DNA from: an uncultured delta proteobacterium
GTDB lineage: Bacteria > Desulfobacterota > Binatia > Bin18
NCBI GenBank assembly: GCA_963733195.1
Contig: CAVTCR010000061.1
Span: forward strand, 1-46,686
Direction of reading: 5' to 3'
DNA length: 46,686 nucleotides
Position 1 is the stretch's first letter. Each line of letters begins with the position of its first letter. The notes under the pieces were generated by a model. That model searched no databases and was not told where the DNA came from. It was given only the letters and a program-made list of their open reading frames with translations. The translations under genes were made by a program, and so were the position numbers. Shown one piece after another: positions 40,712-46,686 of this stretch.

Positions 40712-43700
40712 CTACCCCTGCCAGGAGATGGGCATACGAATATCAGGTGTGTACGAGCAGTAAGCGCCGGTTTTAATGGTCGTGGCCAGATGCTGTCCCA
40801 AGGCCGGATGATGCTCACTGATCTTGCGCAGGGCGATCTTGATGGCGCGGGTGATGCTCACTCGTGCGCGTTCCGCTGGCGAGCCCACCCGCCGCGCCCG
40901 CCCGCCAAGCCCGACAGCACTAGCCAGTTCGTGGGTGAGAAAGTCGAGCTCCGCGGCCAGCTGCTCACTGCGGCCCAGGTCATGAAATTGCTGCGCCTCG
41001 GCCAGTTCCTCCTGCAGCTCGCTCACCCGCTGCTTGTAGGCCGCGCGCGCCTGGGGATCCAGCATGTCCCCGGCGTCGCCCTCGGTGTGATCGAACGGCA
41101 GGCTTGGGTCCTGTAAGGAATGCACTTCAGCGAGTCCCTCGCTCAGGTCTGCACTTGTAGTGATCAAACTGATGACATGGACCTCCTGGTGGGGCTGGTG
41201 CAAGAGCTGGGCAATGTAGTGCAGGCCGCGGGCCTCTTTGAGGCGACACGTCGTGCCTGCAAAGCTCACCGTCCAGTACTCGCCTTCCGGGCGGAAGATA
41301 TTGGAGGTTGGGGAGCTGGCGTCTAGGGTCTGGCGTCTAGGGTCTGGCGTCTGATTCTCCTGACTTTGGACCTTAGCCTCTTCGACTTGGCTCACCTGTG
41401 CCTGCGGCACTGGCGCAGGCAAGACAGGCTTTGGACTTTGGACGTGTTTTGACTCTAGACTCTGGACTCTGGACTCTGGTTTCGATTTGCTCTCTGTCCT
41501 CACGCTGCCGCCAAGAGTAACAAGCAGTGCCTCTGCCTCTCGCAAGTCCTTGGTGTCAAAGCCTTCAGTGAACCAGTGGTAGATCTCGGCCAGCATACTT
41601 GCCGTGCTTCGGTTATCTTGCCTTGGCATTGCCATAGCCGTGCTCAAGCTCATCGGCGGCGCGGAGTTCAAGGGACTTCGCTTGCTGGTTACGGGCAATT
41701 TCGATGGGCTTGGTGAAAATATGCTTCGGCGTCGCCTCGGGGATCGGGGGTCAGGGGTGGGGGTCGGTGTCTTCAGACTTGTCTTGACCGTTTAGACTTC
41801 TGGACTTGCCTGGGACTGAAGCGTTAGCGTTCCCTTGAGCCGATACAGCTCTGCGTCGTAGAATCGCTCTCCGCGTTGCTCAGCGATCTCTAACGCTTCG
41901 GCCAGCACGGTCAACCCTTCCTCAGCCTGATTTGTTATGCCATACGCCCCGGCGAGTAAACCCATAAAATACAGTAGCTCTAGCTCTAGTCCCCCTTTGC
42001 GTACGGCGTCGATCCCTTGGCGGAGCTGAGCAATGCCTTCCGCTCCATTTCCTTGCACGGTCAGCAGCCACCCGCGCATCATCCTTCCCCACAGCAAATA
42101 GTAGGGGCATCCCTGCTCCTGACTGAGGGTTACCATGCGTTCGACATGCCGCTCGACCGTGGACAACTCACCGCACTCTTGTGCGACGCCAATTGCACCC
42201 TCTAACGCAAACGCTTCACTGAGAAAGTGCGACAGCTCGCGGGCCAGGGTCAATCCTTTGTCGCAGCTCCGGCGTGCTTGCTCTGGATACCCGAGACTCC
42301 ACAAGGCCCAGCCAGCGCGGGACGAAAGAGAAGACTCCAAGATCCTGGGCGATGTTGGAGACGCGGGGATTATGCTTGTCAGGATCATAAACAGTCAACG
42401 CTTGCTCGAGATGATAGCGCGACGCAGTAAAGTCACCAAGGAAATACAAGCCGTTTCCCAAGGCCATGTGAGCTTGGAGGAGTAGCCCCGACTTCTGTGC
42501 TTTCTGAGCAAGCGTGAGCAGTTGCTCCGCCAGGGCCAGGCCCTTTTGCACTTCCCCACGCAGCTCATACACCATACACAGGCCAAAGAGGACAGAGGCG
42601 AGTTGTGGAGACTCACCACACTGTTGACACAACTCGTGTGCCCGCAGGAAGGCGCGCTCCATCTCCTGCAACGCTATGCGACCCCCGATCGCGTAGAGAG
42701 AATTGGCGAGTGCCAGTTGCAGCCGCACTTCTTGTTGCATGCGCTCGGGGCCGTCCGGCAGCAGAGTGAGGAGGTCCAGACCTCGCTTCAAATGACTCAG
42801 CGCTTCCTGATGCGCGCTACGGCGTGCAGCGGCCTCGCCAGCCTGCCGGTGATACTGGACAGCCTTGGCACCCTCCCGTCCTGCCTCAAAATGGACGGCA
42901 AGTTCAGCAGCGATTTCCCTCGCTCGCTCGCCATACGCAAGGGCTTTGCGTTTCGCGATGCGCCGATGCAGTTGAAGTCGGCGCGCCTCTGCTACCCGTG
43001 CATACACCACCTCGTGATACAGCGCATGCTGAAAACTGTAGCGCCCGCTGAGTGTCCCATCCGGCCACTCCGCTACGCCTGCCTCCCGCACCCACTGCCC
43101 CGTGCGTGCCAACCGCTCACACTGCGCTTCAACTTCTTCACTGTCTGTTAGCAGACCCGCCGCCACCTCCGCTGCGGCGAACTCCACCCCCGCCACACTA
43201 GCCACCTCTAGCAGACGCTGTTCTGGCCCAGGTAAGCGCTCCAGTTGTCGATCAATGAGTTGCCGCAAGTTGTCCGGTACGCTTTCGCAGAGGGCCTCGG
43301 CGGTATCGGCGCGAAGTGTCCACTGGCCTGCATCTTCAGTAAGCACACCTTGGCGGATGAGATCATCCACGGTGTTGACAACAAATAACGGATTCCCGCC
43401 CGTGCGGCGATGAAGCATAGGCGTGAGTTGTTGTAGGGGCACAGCGCGGCTTTTTGTGCTCCCACGTCAGCCGTGAGTCGTACTGTCAGATACTCGCCAA
43501 TCGCCTCTTCGGCGAGCGGAGTGAGCCGCAACTCTTCACATTGGCCCCGCGCTTGCAAATCTTGTACTGCCCCATGCAAGGGGTGATTGCTGGCCAGTAC
43601 GTCTGCTGGGCGATAAGTGCCGAGGATGAGCAGTTTGGCCGGCTCGCGCCGCCTTGCCATATAGCTTACCCAATCCAGCGTCGAGACATCGCTCCAGTGT

Positions 43701-44526
43701 AAGTCCTCCAGCACCAGGACTAAAGCGCGAGTGGTGGTAAACAATTCCACCGCCTCAGCCATCTCTCGTAGCATGCGCTCGCGCTTCGCTCCTTGGACAC
43801 GCTGCTGCAAGAGGGTACGGTCCTCGGGGTCGAGCAGTCCCGGCAGTTGTACAAGCCAACTTGGGGCGTGGCGCTTCAAGCCTTCAATACGGCGCTCACG
43901 GCCCGGTCCTCGACAGAGCCGCGTAGTTGCTTCCAGTAATGGCATGTAGGCTTCACCCGGACCGTATTGCTCCACGCACTGGCCGGAAGTGATACGGACA
44001 TCGTCGCGATCGCGGATCTGCGCGAGAAACGCGTCGACCAGGGTTGTCTTACCTATACCCGCCTCTCCAGTGACAAACACCATCTGCCGCTCGCCGGTCA
44101 GGGTTTTCTCGAACAGGCAGTGCAATAGGTGCCAGTTCTAGCTCTCTTCCCACCAAAACAGAGTGCTGAGGACTAAGGGCTGAGGACTGAGTTGGCGGAA
44201 GGGGGCTACTGGCTACTGAATACTGACTACTGGCTACTTCTTTATACTGCGCTGACTACTAGATGCTGGACACTCGACTCTGGACTAGGGTGATGGGATG
44301 GGAAGTGCGGAGCGATAAGCAATGACCGTAAAGCAGGTATTCGAGCCGTAGCGGATTGCTCTGCGTCGCAATTGCGACAGAACTTGAGACGTGCCGGAGT
44401 GGGCTGGCCACAGGTTGCACAGGGTACCTGCTTGGGGCTGAGTGAAGCCCCACATTCACCACAGAAGGCCACCTTGGGCGGATTCCAATGGCCACAGGCT
44501 GAAGAACCAGGGGTGATCTCTGGCAT
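40712..44526 (-). CDS. Double zinc-ribbon - AAA ATPase - TPR STAND protein with C-terminal putative DNA-binding domain (several frameshifts)
   Basis: ACGH..FCGECG..CATCG..FCRNC; GEAGIGKTT; LEDLHW; TGGNPLF; AELYRLKG; WFTEGFDTKDL; C-terminal domain closely similar to that of 34027-37473. Confidence 0.8.
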
Positions 44527-45098
44527 GAGCACCGGTCGCTGGGTTTGCGATCTACGTATAGGCAAGGCTAAAGCGTTCAAGCGTGCTCCCCCTTTTTCTT
44601 ACGATTCCAGAGCCTCTCTAATTCACTTTATTTGTCCCCACGTAGTGATACAGCAAATGTCAGGCCAGGCATCATAGCCCATAGTGAAATGCGTGTGGTT
44701 TCACAACATTAGGGCACGGAGGCGGGTGCGCTATGTAGCGGTGGGGCTGCGACACTTGTTGTCACGCGAACGGCGCAGCGCGTGTGGGTGCATGCAGTTA
44801 GCGGAAATGACAGGGATATTACGCCTGCGCCTTCTACGCGAGGTGCAACAAAAGTTGCTACCTCCAGGGAGACAGGTTGTATGTGAAAGCTGGGTTAGAG
44901 GATACCAAAGCGGAGTTGTTATCCGCAGTGTATACCGGTGCGCAATATGTGAATGGTGTACCGCGGATATTAAACGCCCAACAGCACCTTATCTCCTGAG
45001 TCCAACGAAACTGTGTGCTCGTTGCTCCGCTACACCACGTCTTATACAGTGCCCTGGACACTGTCTGCATCACAGGGAGAGGCAGCGAGGAATCCGTT

Positions 45099-46686
45099 AT
45101 GAGGTTTTCCGACATCATTGAACAGGCCAAAGCCCTACTCCAGCGGCAGGGCCGGATTACCTACCGGTCCCTGAAGCGGGAGTTCGACCTCGATGACGCC
45201 GCGCTGGAAGACCTGAAGTTCGAACTCATCGACGGTCAAGAGCTGGCGGTCGATAAAGACGGCAAAATGCTGGTGTGGATCGGCGAACAACCTGTTGCCA
45301 GTTCTCAGTCGTCAGTTGTCAGTCCCCAGCCCTTAGCCCTTAAACCCCAGCCCCCGTCTGCCTACCCCACCCATCTCGCCGAGCGCATCCGCGCCGAGCA
45401 AGCGGTGCTGGAAGCGCGCAGTGGGACAGACGGCGAGCGCAAGACGATCACGGCGCTGTTTGCCGACCTCAAAGGCTCAACCGCATTGATTGAAGGCCTC
45501 GATCCTGAGGAAGCCCGAGCCATTATCGACCCCGCGCTGCAACTCATGATGGACGCGGTGCATCGGTATGAAGGCTATGTGGCCCAGGCATTAGGGGACG
45601 GTATCTTTGCCCTCTTTGGTGCGCCGATTGCTCATGAGGATCATCCCCAGCGGGCACTATATGCCGCACTTCGCATGCAAGACGAGATGCGCCGCTATGG
45701 GGATCAGGTGCGCCTCAAACACGGCGTTCCACTGACGATGCGCGTTGGGATCAATACAGGCGAAGTGGTAGTGCGCTCGATTCGTAAAGACGATTTACAC
45801 ACGGACTATGTCCCTGTCGGTCACTCCACCAATCTGGCGGCCCGCATGGAGCAGATGGCGACGCCGGGATCGATTCTAGTGACGGCATATACGCACAAGC
45901 TCACCGACGGGTACTTTGCCTTCAAGGCGTTGGGGCAGACGCAGATCAAAGGGATGGAAGAACCGCTGGCAGTCTACGAAGTCGTGGATGTTGGTCTTTT
46001 GAAAACTCGGCTGCAAGTCGTAGCGCGGCGGGGACTGACGCGGTTTGTGGGACGGCAGAGTGAATTGGAGCAGATGCAACAAGCCCTTACACAAGCTAAA
46101 ACAGGACATGGGCAAATCGTCGGGGTGGTGGGCGAGCCGGGGTTAGGCAAGTCGCGGCTGTTCTACGAGTTTAAATTGATCTCACGTAGTAGCTGTCTGA
46201 TCCTCGAAGCTTACTCCGTCTCGCATGGCAAAGCGTCGCCGTATCTGCCGGTGATCGAACTGCTTAAGGGCTACTTCCGCATTGACTCACAGGATGACGA
46301 GCGAACACGCCGGGAGAAAGTCACCGGGAAAGTCCTGACTCTCGATCGCAGTCTCGAAGACACGCTGCCATACCTGTTCGCGTTATTGAGTATTGAAGAG
46401 CAGCCCTCTCCCCTCCAGCAGATGGACGCGAAGATTCGGCGCACCCGCACGTTTGAGGCGCTCAAGCGGTTATTCTTGCGTGAGAGTCTGAATCAACCGT
46501 TGCTCTTGATCTTCGAAGATCTGCATTGGATCGACAGTGAAACCCAAGGGTTTCTCGACACCTTAAGTCAGAGTGTCGCCTCGGCCAAGGTCTTGCTGTT
46601 GGTGAACTATCGGCCCGAATACCGCCACGAGTGGGGGCAGAAGACATACTACACGCAACTGCGGTTATCCCCGTTCGGCAAAGCCG
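45099..46686 (+). CDS. Class III cyclase - AAA ATPase STAND protein (runs off the window end)
   Basis: Read directly from the DNA (not in the ORF track because it has no stop): MRFSDIIEQAKALL.., ERKTITALFADLKGST, ALGDG, RVGINTG, NLAARMEQ, GEPGLGKS, FEDLHWID. Confidence 0.9.
   Translation, partial: MRFSDIIEQAKALLQRQGRITYRSLKREFDLDDAALEDLKFELIDGQELAVDKDGKMLVWIGEQPVASSQSSVVSPQPLALKPQPPSAYPTHLAERIRAEQAVLEARSGTDGERKTITALFADLKGSTALIEGLDPEEARAIIDPALQLMMDAVHRYEGYVAQALGDGIFALFGAPIAHEDHPQRALYAALRMQDEMRRYGDQVRLKHGVPLTMRVGINTGEVVVRSIRKDDLHTDYVPVGHSTNLAARMEQMATPGSILVTAYTHKLTDGYFAFKALGQTQIKGMEEPLAVYEVVDVGLLKTRLQVVARRGLTRFVGRQSELEQMQQALTQAKTGHGQIVGVVGEPGLGKSRLFYEFKLISRSSCLILEAYSVSHGKASPYLPVIELLKGYFRIDSQDDERTRREKVTGKVLTLDRSLEDTLPYLFALLSIEEQPSPLQQMDAKIRRTRTFEALKRLFLRESLNQPLLLIFEDLHWIDSETQGFLDTLSQSVASAKVLLLVNYRPEYRHEWGQKTYYTQLRLSPFGKA

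Noticed and set aside
302-44526. Widespread frameshifts read as mass pseudogenisation or programmed recoding
   Set aside because: Indels hit all gene classes, often at homopolymers, and differ between duplicate copies (e.g. the two PP2C genes), so long-read error is the simplest explanation
393-46647. Numerous antisense or overlapping ORFs in the six-frame track (e.g. 3929-4540, 6605-7174, 23295-23858, 35421-36047, 44684-45121)
   Set aside because: Most are shadow ORFs of better-supported genes in GC-rich DNA, and none shows family motifs

Overview
GC-rich bacterial DNA, most likely from a Binatota/Deltaproteobacteria-like soil organism (inferred from the DUF1329 / luciferase-like monooxygenase / amidohydrolase cluster and the cyclase-AAA-TPR proteins). 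Many genes carry 1-2 bp indels, typical of an unpolished long-read assembly, so most CDS below were rebuilt by hand across frames. Positions 0.3-5.2 kb are an ordinary catabolic cluster on the + strand. From about 5.9 to 40.4 kb lies a duplicated, mostly minus-strand region tied together by a 31-bp element, AGGCGTAACAAATG-NN-GGAACAATTGTTCAC. It occurs nine times with 29/31 positions invariant, contains the perfect palindrome GAACAATTGTTC, always has the same orientation, and sits 56-160 bp upstream of nine transcription units; five copies have a second palindrome 51-64 bp further upstream. The units encode: two arrays of four small Cys-containing secreted proteins in strict alpha-beta-alpha-beta order, each followed by a membrane-anchored protein ending in GPLF; a Gly-rich secreted protein followed by a third GPLF gene whose RBS is split by an ISL3; two large secreted metzincin proteases; two operons of small proteins plus a PP2C-like phosphatase; a crystallin-fibre / phospholipase C / fibre operon; and an MddA-like methyltransferase. 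Four STAND-type AAA-TPR signalling proteins lie at 30.5-46.7 kb (two class III cyclases, two with a C-terminal putative DNA-binding domain) and are candidate regulators. Also present: REP-like palindromes, a 101-bp MITE in a mazF pseudogene and heptamer tandem repeats. No rRNA, tRNA or CRISPR array was seen.
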